Source of the DNA: Squalus acanthias
Lineage: Eukaryota
Length of the DNA: 64,000 nucleotides
NCBI GenBank assembly: GCA_030390025.1
Contig: JASTWF010000361.1
Coordinates: 62,001-126,000 of the forward strand
Direction of reading: 5' to 3'
Made by a program: the position numbers and the translations under genes. This document shows, in pieces, positions 48,201 through 58,100 of this stretch. How positions within the stretch are numbered: position 1 is the stretch's first letter; every line of letters begins with the position of its first letter. The notes below the pieces were generated by a model. The model worked only from the letters and a program-made list of their open reading frames with translations. It did not search any database and was not told the origin of the DNA.

Positions 48201-49055
48201 CACGTAAACCAGTGCAAACTGTACAAGCCAGGTGCACAAGGGCCAACCACAGGGGCAAAACCTGCGAGTGGGGACTCGCAGCCCCAGGTAGGGCCACAGG
48301 GCACACAGGCGGGCAAAGCAGCTTGCATCAGGGAAGGAGACATCCTGGAAAACTGTGAGACATTTTTGTGGGGTTGGGAGTCAGATGAGGGAGAGTTCGA
48401 GGAGCTCGACGAAGATAGTGATAGTGAAGATAGTGACGAGGAAGAGCTGGAATCGGAGGACGAAAGGGTCGCCCCCGATTCAGGTATAGGGGGGACAGGG
48501 GCTGCAGATAGAGATCCACAGACGGTGGAAGCCGAGGCTGCAGGTCCCGAACGCAGGGGGGCGGAGCTAGGGGAGGCGGAGCCAGCCGCTGTGGTGGGAC
48601 CACAGGGCGTGGCGATGGAAGCCTCAGAGCCCGAGCCGCCCGCCTTGAACGTCTTGCCCTCGAGGGAGGTAGGGACTGCGAGTGAAGGGTCGCCTACTGG
48701 GCCGAGTAGGGCGGCGCCACAAGCTGCAGATCCCGAGTTCAGGGAGTCGGAGCCAGGGGAGGCGGAGCCAGCGACTGTGGCGGGACCACAGGTCGCCACG
48801 GTGGAAGTCTCGGAACCCGGTCCATCGGTCCTGGAGTTCCTGCCCCCGGTAGCTCTCCGTAGGTCAAGTCGGAAACCCCAGCCCAGAAAGAATTGGGTAA
48901 GTCCCCCATATGTCCCCAGACGTAAGCTCAAGGCTCAGGCAGCCCAGGGAGAGCCCAATCCCAGTGCAGCAGCAACAGGCTGCGGCAGATCAAAGGGAGG
49001 GGTCAATGCCCTCCCACCGTCGGGAAAAGCTCGTGGCAGCCTTTTTAGAATTTAA
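45227..49055 (+). pseudogene. pol: Provirus A pol 3' part (RT, dual RNase H, IN, tail), frameshifted by a ~68-nt deletion at 46905/46906
   Basis: ORFs 45179..47038 and 46971..49055; relative to B the segment encoding IFIHKMKAH...GNQQ is missing between AGG microhomologies. Confidence 0.92.
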
Positions 49056-49225
49056 AGGGGCCGCCCTGGGAACCGGCGGCGCTGTACAGTATAAGTTTAG
49101 GATAAGTTTCTAAGTTTATAGTTCAAGGTTAAGAATAAGTTTATAGTTTTAGATAAGGTTATAAGTTTATAGTTTTAAATCGGTTTAAGTCGGTAGTTTA
49201 ATTTTGTTTAATAAAAAGAGGTAAA

Positions 49226-51736
49226 ATGATGGGAGTTTCAGAGATAGGTTTAGTTAAAGTTTATCCAGCGAACATTGAAGTTTACGTGAGGCGAGGTCAG
49301 GGGACCCGCTCACCCTTCACAAAAGCCAGAGACTCTTGCGAGGCTGGCTACCTCATTCTATCTGATCACAGGAACCAAGGAATGATGGAACGAATTCTAG
49401 TATTGCTCGCGGCAATCAGATGTGGATTGGCCTATCGAGGCCGCACCAAGGATGTCGTGGTGTTTGGATGCTCCGGGGACACGGCCCCCATCGCGGTGGA
49501 TGGGACCGGAAGACGGGAGGCTGAGGAGACCACCACCTATTTCCACAAGGGAAGGTGGCCAGGATGGCTGGGAACGAACTCAACGGAGTATTCCAGCACA
49601 TCGGGGTTTGCCTACCAAGAGACTTCTTTACTGTGCCCCAAAGTAAGGATCATCGCACCCAGGATCAGCGTCACCGTCGGCAAACGGATTTGTTTGACTT
49701 GTAATGGGAATGTCCCATTGAGCCGATGGTGGTGGCTACGAAAGCTGAGCAAAAACATGAGGAACTCTTCGGTCGAGTGGGAGCGACTGGGTAATAATAC
49801 CCATCGGACAATTACGGGGACAAACGGACAAGTGAGAGTCTGTTGGGACAAATGGTGGGAACCGGATGAGGGAATTTATGTATGTATGTGGGGGTCAAAG
49901 TACGTTTGCCCCAAAGGCATCTCCATATTTTTCATTAATCAATGGCAGGATAACGGACAGGGGATGAGGTGGGATGCGAGCACCAGGGGGTGCGGAGCCC
50001 CATTCTCCCCGATCCCGGTAAATGCCACTGAACTCATTACGCGCCCACGCAAAGCCCCGCCCACGATTCCGGTGGTTCTAGCTAAGGAAGAAGGGTGCCC
50101 TGAAACTAGTAAGGGACCCGGGAATGGTTTGGTACTGGTCCCCACAGACCAGATACTATTTCAGGGGGTACATTACGCGGTGGCCTCGGTGATTTTAAAT
50201 CTCACCGAGGTGCGGTTACCAGAGTGGTGCCCCAAAAAGACGGAACAGTTATATCAGGTCCTGTTGACCAAGATGTTCAGACAATTCTATGAGTTCGATT
50301 TCGCGGAAATTGATAAAACAAGTTTGTACACCGCACCACATGAAGTTTTGGATCAGGTAGAGAGGCAAAGAGGGGGTGTTGTGAACGACGCGTTCACTGC
50401 TTTCAACACAGGTACATCTGTGGTCAACGCTCTAGACAGCGTGGAGCTGCAGACCCAGATTAATGGCTTAAAAACGCAATTAAAAGACATTCTCACAGAT
50501 GAAAATAAGGTGGTTGGGTCTGGGTTACACGAGGACCAAGCCATGACTCTCCATTTAAAAGAAATAATAGCTGAACTAGAGAAACACGTGAGAACGGTAA
50601 ATGCCCTGATTAGGGAAGATCGGAATGCATCCGATCAAGCTGCGCAGAATGAGGTGTGCGTGCTTTACGGGGCGTGGTTACTGGGCGAGGGCCGCAGTAA
50701 TTTGGAGGATTTAAAACAAGGTTTGGTCCCGTCCTGGATAAGTAACAAACACCTGCGGGCGCTCCACCCTTTTCAGAACGCATTAAGCCCGTGCCAGCTC
50801 AGGCTAGCTTCAGAAGCATACCCAGTCCCCGTGGACTGTGGACGATCAAACCATACTATCATGGGTATAGTATTACGTATGCCGGTTTTGGGCGACACAG
50901 CAAAGCCCGCCCCGGTGTATCGGGTAGAGAACATTGGTGTCATTCAGGGGGGAGCCCACATTCGCTATGCAGCGGTTCCACCTTACGTCATCCGCTGGGA
51001 GCAAACGATGACAGGTACAGATCTCTCTGGTTGTCGTGGCCGGGGAGCACACATAATACTGTGTCCCCAGCACTTGAATGCCTTTTTAATACCACAGTGC
51101 GGGTTCAGAACGGCTGGCGCCAAGTCCATGAATTGCACCATGGAGGCAATGGCACAAGATCATGTGCCTCCGCAGGTAGCATACATCGGGGGTGGAACAT
51201 ATTGTGTTACCACTGCAGCGCAACACTACCAACATGGAAACCGTAGCCGGTGTCCGGTGAGTGACAGCAGTTTCTGTTTCAAACCCAGGGCGGAAGTTCA
51301 AGTAGCACAACAGCGAATTGTCCCAATCCCTGAACCATCCACGGTTCATCTCACCGTAAAAGAGAACTTCACCGACCTGCAGCGATTCGTCGCGCATTTC
51401 GGATACCTCATTCCCCCTCTCCCTGAACACCTCAGCAAGCTTTTAAAAGCCGTCGCGGTGTCACAAAAACATTTTTACACACTAGAGCAGAAAACTGTCG
51501 AAATAGGGACAGACATTCTGGACATAGTAATTCCACCGTGGTGGAATCTGTTCACCAACATTGAAGTGCCTTCCTGGATTAGAATAGCCTCCCACATTTT
51601 AGTTGTATGCCAAGTGTTTGTTGTGGTATACTTATTGGTCGTACATTGTAAGAGAGGCAAACGCCTCACCAAGAACGAAAACACGGGAGAGTGGCGAGAA
51701 CGTTACGTGCGCGTGCACGATGAAAGCACCGTGTAA
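49226..51736 (+). CDS. env: Provirus A env, open 836 aa: signal-peptide-like segment from ~49385, Ig-like domain, class I fusion protein, TM, cytoplasmic tail; furin site mutated to RQRG
   Basis: MERILVLLAAI..GLA; CLTC..W..DEGIYVC; cleavage site then GVVNDAFTAFNTGTSVV and a heptad repeat; Cys-rich ectodomain; TM IASHILVVCQVFVVVYLLVV. Confidence 0.9.
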   Translation: MMGVSEIGLVKVYPANIEVYVRRGQGTRSPFTKARDSCEAGYLILSDHRNQGMMERILVLLAAIRCGLAYRGRTKDVVVFGCSGDTAPIAVDGTGRREAEETTTYFHKGRWPGWLGTNSTEYSSTSGFAYQETSLLCPKVRIIAPRISVTVGKRICLTCNGNVPLSRWWWLRKLSKNMRNSSVEWERLGNNTHRTITGTNGQVRVCWDKWWEPDEGIYVCMWGSKYVCPKGISIFFINQWQDNGQGMRWDASTRGCGAPFSPIPVNATELITRPRKAPPTIPVVLAKEEGCPETSKGPGNGLVLVPTDQILFQGVHYAVASVILNLTEVRLPEWCPKKTEQLYQVLLTKMFRQFYEFDFAEIDKTSLYTAPHEVLDQVERQRGGVVNDAFTAFNTGTSVVNALDSVELQTQINGLKTQLKDILTDENKVVGSGLHEDQAMTLHLKEIIAELEKHVRTVNALIREDRNASDQAAQNEVCVLYGAWLLGEGRSNLEDLKQGLVPSWISNKHLRALHPFQNALSPCQLRLASEAYPVPVDCGRSNHTIMGIVLRMPVLGDTAKPAPVYRVENIGVIQGGAHIRYAAVPPYVIRWEQTMTGTDLSGCRGRGAHIILCPQHLNAFLIPQCGFRTAGAKSMNCTMEAMAQDHVPPQVAYIGGGTYCVTTAAQHYQHGNRSRCPVSDSSFCFKPRAEVQVAQQRIVPIPEPSTVHLTVKENFTDLQRFVAHFGYLIPPLPEHLSKLLKAVAVSQKHFYTLEQKTVEIGTDILDIVIPPWWNLFTNIEVPSWIRIASHILVVCQVFVVVYLLVVHCKRGKRLTKNENTGEWRERYVRVHDESTV

Positions 51737-52186
51737 TCAGAAAATGGCGTCACTCCCGTTTGCCACGTGCGCCTCAGAAGTGTTGTAATCGATCGTGATT
51801 TTTCAGAAAACTGTAATTACGTTTGGAACTCGACATGTTTAAGAGTTGTTTTTGATTATTTTGGTGATGGTGTTGTTGTTGAATATGATTGTCTGGTTTT
51901 GTTTTGTTTTTCTTTTCCCTGAATAAAAAATGTGAATATACAGGTGATACGAGAGGCATCGGCCTGGTTACGCCTGGAAGGAAAACAAGTGGTGTAAGTT
52001 TTAAAGGCAAATGATGCCTGCGGTGTTATAAGAATGTAATTTTCCTGGGAAATAAGGACGACGCAAAGACCCTAGATAGTTTAAGTTATGGGGATTATTT
52101 TTCTGGATCTGGAGAATCGAGATAATATTGCTCACCACAATATTTTTGATACGATAAGCGGAGTTATTCGCATCAACAGGAGGGAC

Positions 52187-53850
52187 TGTAGAATTCGCAA
52201 TACAATCGCGATTTCATAAATAAGGTGAAAACACATAGTTTCGTTCAAACAGCTTTATTTCAGCAGAATGCTGTCAGGTTTTCAAAGTGGACACAAGCAG
52301 CCTGTAAAATGGCCGCCACGCCTCGTGGCAGAACATTCTAGACTTTTCGATAAGCAGACAAGATGGCGTTCCAATAAACATTTGTGCGAGATCGATCAAG
52401 ACTCAGCACATTTGAGATAATACACGAGACATTATGGGTTTGCAGTATGCACATAAATACTGAAATCGGTCTCCCAGGTGCGAATAAAGGGGCTATTGTA
52501 CCAAGCGATCAAGAACCCATCCAAAGATATTAATATGCAAAATCCCCACGACTCTACGATGAGAGAGCCGTTTGCGGGTAGTTACAGAAAACATTTAGAA
52601 GCCCCAAAACCCCTCCAGGGAGAATACCGACCGGTTACACATTGGGAAAAGTATTAACAGGTACTCAGACAGTTACGAGTATCCCCGAAACCCATTAAAA
52701 CGGAGATCACCCTATACAAGAAATTTGAGCGCCAAAACCCTAACAAAAGAAAAGACATTAAGGTTGGGCGGGAAAAGAAGAGTTTCAGCACTATAACTGA
52801 AGAACTACAACCGTCCATCTTTCTCTTATTCTCCTGCCTCTTGCCGCTTGCATCGTGCCTCTGCCTCTTGCAGCTCTTAAAGACTATCGAACTTTCTGAT
52901 CCGCCAGGATCAGCCTCGTGGCTTGCCGCGAAGATCTGTGTGGAACTGGGCTGTGAAGCCTTGAAACGGGCACACCATCCCGAGAAGTCGGTAAACGGTG
53001 TTGGAACCGAAGGCCCGAGATGAGATGAGATGAGATGAGATGAGATGAGAAGAGAAGAAGACGACCATACGTATCGCCACGGTCAGTAAGCCCCGACCGC
53101 GCCTGTAGGTCGAATAGACATTTTCCTTGCCCAGGAAGACTCTCTTTTGAGCTTTACAGAACTGGCATCAGAAGACTATTCTTCGAATTTTATCGCATCA
53201 GTGCGAGGGCACAGGAAGACTCTTTTTTGAGTAGTATCGGAACTCCGAGGACAACACAGATCTTCATGACAGCAGACGGTCCAACCTGCTAGCCGGAGCA
53301 GAAACGAGTAAACAAGAGGGGTACAGAGACCCCTGATCAACACGTGGGTGATCAGGTGCTGCGGTAAAAACATCCGAGCAGAGTTTTCGGAATTCTCCGA
53401 GTTATCACGAGTGGTGAGCATGAGTCTCGATCCTACAAATCTAGTTTAGAGCAGGTATTGATAGGGGAGGGTTTAAGTTTAAGGATAATTGTAATGTGTG
53501 CCCCCATTTACGATGTGTCGTTCGTTCCTCGTTTCCCTAAAGTCAGTTACATAACTGCGTGTAAGATTGTACTGTCATTAATCTGTGCTTATGACATGTA
53601 TTTCGTAATCTTGAATAATATGCAATAAAGATTTTCCATTTCGCACTATTCAACCAGGTCTACCTGAGTTTTCTCTCCATTATTGCTCTCGCATCTAAGT
53701 CCAGTGTCAGAACCGTAAGGGCGAGTGGGTCGAACCACTCACAGGTGTCTAGTGCTCCCAGACTGGCTGGAGACCAGAACAGGCAACAAGGCCTAACCTC
53801 GCACTAGCACCCAGGCTGAGCACAGAGCCACACGGGTCGAAACCCTTACA
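52187..53850 (+). repeat. Provirus A 3' LTR (1664 bp), preceded by PPT AACAGGAGGGAC (52175-52186)
   Basis: Direct repeat of 20699-22363; followed by TSD ACCA. Confidence 0.95.
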
Positions 53851-54841
53851 ACCAGTAGGCCGTGAGCGCACAGGAAATCTGCGCCGATGAGCGGGGAGAG
53901 CACCTTGGCAGTGATGAACTCCCATTGGTAGCGGTGACCAGCGAGGTCAAGGGTGACTGTCCGGGTGCCATACGTCCGGGTTTCCGAGCCGTTTGCAGCA
54001 GCCAGCGCCGGTCCTCGTTCGCCCTTTTGGACGTCGAGGGAGGAGGCCGGGATGATGCTGTGCTGAGCCCCAGTGTCGCACAGGAACCGGCGGCCGGTTT
54101 TGTCATCCGTGACAAACAGCAGGGAGCCCACGTGGCCCACGGCCATCGCGGGGGCTGGTACGGGGGCGGACTTGAAAGAGCAGGGAGGTGTGCACCGTTG
54201 TGCCCTGGCGCCGAACCGTGCATGGTAGTAACAGTGGCCCGGGTTAGTGGGGCGTGAAGGCCCCGTGGGCCTGGTGGCAGGCCCTTGTGGCCACGTGCTG
54301 GCCGGTGAGGGGCGCGCCCAGGCATTGGCTGCCAGGTCCGGAGTGACGTCGCGGCTGGAGTGAGCGGACAGCAGCTTGTCGGCCTCATTGGCCAGGGCTT
54401 CCAGGTTCGTGAGGCCGGACCCATGATCGCTGGGCGGATGCTGAGAGGGAGCTGGTAGATGAACAGCGTGCGGAAGAGGGATCCGGGTGGGCTCTTGTCG
54501 GTGAGGGAGAGCATGTGGGAGAGGAGGTCTGACGGTGAGGCATCACCGAGTCCTGGAAGGTTGAGGAGGTGGCAGTTTCGCTGATATGCCGAGGCTGTAA
54601 ATTTTTTAAGGAGTGCTGTCTTGAGATGTGCGTAATTGCCTTCCTCTGGTGGGTTCTGCAGCGTTTTCCAAACCTTCGAAACTGTGGCGCTACCGAGTGA
54701 TGTGACGAGATAGTCGTACTTCGTCCCATATGTGGTGATGCGTTGCAGCCGGAAGCGCGATTCAGCTTGGAGAAACCAGGCTTCGGGCTGGTTTTCCCAA
54801 ACCTCCGGCAGTTTCACGGAAACTGCGTTCGTGTCCGCCAT
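53851..54841 (-). pseudogene. gag: Gypsy gag + protease start (frameshift near 54415)
   Basis: VKLPEVWENQPEAWFLQAE N-terminus; CHCC motif at ~54180-54233 in frame with FLCDTGA...LIGADFLCAHGLLV. Confidence 0.88.
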
Positions 54842-54866
54842 TGCAGTGCTCGGAATACATTCTGAG

Positions 54867-54880
54867 CGTCGGGGTCACCA
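54867..54880 (-). promoter_or_regulatory. Gypsy PBS, tRNA-Trp (TGGTGACCCCGACG)
   Basis: Matches the start of the tRNA-Trp PBS used by avian leukosis viruses; 1 nt from the LTR. Confidence 0.9.
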
Positions 54881-54881
54881 A

Positions 54882-55120
54882 TGTTGAGGCTGCCGCGAAA
54901 CACGAATTAAGGTTGAATCCATGTGTGGAAAAAGGGAGACTTTAATGCAACTGCATGGTCCAAAATGGCTGAACAGCCTGCTCCCAGAATTCTCTGGAAA
55001 CACCCTGAGGCCCCGCCTACTCCTGCCTTAAAGGTAAGGTGCCTTAAAGGGAAGGTGCATCGATATATTGTCCACGGACGGAAAAGGGGGTAATGCCCGT
55101 TTAGGTGGCGATCCGCCACA
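54882..55120 (-). repeat. Gypsy 5' LTR (239 bp)
   Basis: TG...CA; followed by TSD AAGT. Confidence 0.95.
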
Positions 55121-58100
55121 AAGTTAAAGGCTCCTTATCTGAATACACGAAGCATTCATAACAAGATAGACGAACAAATGGCACAAATAGAGATAAATGG
55201 GTTTGATCTAATAGCCATTACAGAGACATGGTTGCAAGGTGGCCAAGGTTGGGAACTATATGTTCCAGGGTACTTGACATTTCGAAAAGACAGGCAGAAT
55301 GGAAAAGGAGTGGGAGTAGCCCTGATAAAGGAAATTCGTATTCGTAAAAAAATAGTGCTGGAGAAATTAATGGGACTGAAAGCTTTTTCGGGGTGGCAGG
55401 CGGTGACTAGTGGGGTACCGCAGGGATCAGTGCTTGGGCCCCAGCTATTCACAATATATATCAATGATTTGGATGAGGGAACCAAATGTAATATTTCCAA
55501 GTTTGCTGACGACACGAAACTGGGTGGGATTGTGAGTTGTGAGGAGGATGCAAAGAGGCTTCAAGGCAATTTAGACAAGTTGAGAGAGTGGGCAAATACA
55601 TGGCAGATGCAGTATAACGTGGATAAATGTGAAGTTATCCACTTCGGTAGGAAAAACAGAAAGGTAGAGTATTATTTAAATGGTGATAGATTGGGAAATG
55701 CTGATGTACAAAGGGACCTGGGTGTCCTTGTACACCAGTCATTGAAAGCAAACATACAGGTGCAGCAAGCAGTTAGGAAGGCAAATGATATGTTGGCCTT
55801 TATTGCAAGAGGATTTGAGTACAGGAGCAAGGATGTCTTACTACAGTTGTACAGGGCCTTGGTGATACCATACCTGGAGTACCGTGTGCAGTTTTGGTCT
55901 CCTTATCTAAGAAAGGATATACTTGCCATAGAGGGAGTGTAGCGAAGGTTCACCAGACTGATTTCTGGGATGGCAGGACTGTCGTATGAGGAGAAATTGT
56001 GTCGACTAGGCCTGTATTCACTAGAGTTTAGAAGAATGAGAGGGGATCTCATTGAAACATATACAATTCTGACAGGGCTGGACAGACTGGATGCAGGGAG
56101 GATGTTTCCCCTGGCTGGGGGGGTCTAGAACAAGGGGTCACAGTCTCAGGATACAGGGTAGGACATTTAGGACTGAGATGAGGAGAAATTTCTTCACTCA
56201 GAGGGTGGTGAACCTGTGGAATTCTCTACCACAGAAGGTTGTGGAGGCCAAGTCATTGAATATATTTAAGAAGGAGATAGATAGATTTCTAGACACAAAA
56301 GGCATCAATGGGTATGGGGAGAGAGCGGTAATAAGGTATTGAGATAGAGGATCAGCCATGATCATATTGAATGGCGGAGCAGGCTCGAAGGGCCGAATGG
56401 CTGACTCCTGCTCCTATTTTTCTATATTTCTGTAATAAAGGATGACATAAGGACAGTAGCGAGAAAGGATCTCGGCTTGGAAGATCAGGAAGTAGAATCA
56501 GTCTGGGTGGAGATAAGGAATAACAAGGGGCAGAAAACACTGGTGGGAGTAGTATATAGGCCCCCTAACAGTAGATATACCATTGGACAGAATATTAATC
56601 AAGAAATAGTAGGAGCTTGCAACAAAAGTAATGCAATAATCTTGGGGGTCTTTAATCTTCATATAGACTGGACAAATCAAATTGGCAAAGGTAGTCTGGA
56701 GGACGAGTTCATGGAATGCATTTGGGACAGTTTCCTAGAACAATATGTCATGGAACCAGGGAACAGGTTATTTTAGATCTTGTATTGTGTAATGAGACAG
56801 GGTTAATTAGCAATCTCATAGTAAAGGATCCTCTGGGGCAGAGTGATCATAATATGATAGAATTTCACGTTAATTTTGAGAGTGAATTGCCTAAGTCCGA
56901 AACTAGAGTCTTAAACTTAAATAAAGCCAATAACATAGGTATGAGCGACGAGTTGGCTACGGTAGATTGGAAAAATAGATTAAAAGGTATGGCGGTAGAT
57001 AAGCAGTGGCTAGCATTTAAAGAAATATTTCATAATTCTCAACAAAAATACATTCCATTGAGAAACAAAAACTCCACGGGAAAAGTGATCCAACCGTGAC
57101 TCACTAAAGAAGTTAAGGATAGCATTAGATTGAAAGAAGAAGCTTATAATGTTGCAAAATATAATAGTAAGCCTGAGGATTGGGAGAGTTTCAGAAACCA
57201 GCAAAGGTAAACAAAAAAATTGATAAAAAGGGAAAAAATAGAATATGAGAAAACTAGCAAGAAATATAAAAGCAGATTGTAAGAGTTTCTACAAGTATGT
57301 AAAAAGGAAAAGAGTAGCAAAAGCAAACGTTGGTCCCTTAGAGGCTGAGACAGGAGAAATTGTTCTGGGGAATAAGGAAATGGCAGAAATGTTAAACAAA
57401 TATTTTGTATCTGTCTTCACAGTAGAAGACACAAAAAGCATACCAAAAATGGTGGGGAACCAAGGGTCTAATGAGGGTGAGGAACTTAACGTAATTAATA
57501 TAAGTAGAGAAAAAGTACTAGAGAAACTAATGGGACTAAAAGCCGACAAATCACCTGGACCTGACGGCCTACATCCTAGGGTTCTAAAAGAGGTGGCTGA
57601 AGAGATAGTGGATGCATTGGTTTTGATCTTCCAAAATTCCCTAGATTCTGGAATGGTCCCAGCGGATTGGAGGGTTGTAAATGTAACACCGAAGAAAAAA
57701 CAGGGAACTACAGGCCAGTTAGCCTGACATCAGTCATCGGGAAAATGCTGCAATCCATTATTAAGGAAGTGGTATCAAGTTACTTAGAAAATCATAACAT
57801 GATTAGGCAGAGTCAACATGGTTTTATGAAAGGGAAATCGTGTTTGACAAATTTATTAGAGCTTTTTGAGGATGTAACTAGCAGGGTAGATAAAGGGGAA
57901 CCAGTGGATGTAGTATATCTGGATTTCCAAAAGGCATTTGATAAGTTGCCACATAAAAGGTTTTTACACAAGATTAGGGCTCATGGGGTTGGGGGTAATA
58001 TAGTAGCATGGATAGAGGATTGGTTAACGGACAGAAAACAGAGAGTAGGGATAAGCGGATCTTTTTCAGGTTGGCAGGCTGTAACTAGTGGGGTACCGCA

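Larger units (their letters stand above)
20699..53850 (+). mobile_element. Provirus A: env-encoding endogenous retrovirus-like element (lokiretrovirus-like), LTR-gag-pol-env-LTR, interrupted by composite B/C
   Basis: Starts TGTAGAATTC, ends CCCTTACA; TSD ACCA (20695-20698, 53851-53854); near-identical LTRs; PBS and PPT present. Confidence 0.93.
17615..55120 (-). mobile_element. Ty3/Gypsy LTR retrotransposon (CsRN1-like), interrupted by a 33-kb insertion at 20699-53850
   Basis: Two 239-bp TG...CA LTRs; 4-bp TSD AAGT (17611-17614, 55121-55124); tRNA-Trp PBS; CHCC Gag motif CYYHARFGARAQRCTPPC; PR-RT-RH-IN order. Confidence 0.95.

Noticed and set aside
49046..49085. TTTAAAG plus hairpin as a -1 frameshift from pol into env
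   Set aside because: The heptamer is out of phase with the pol frame (ATT TAA AGG), and stop-rich repeats lie before env.
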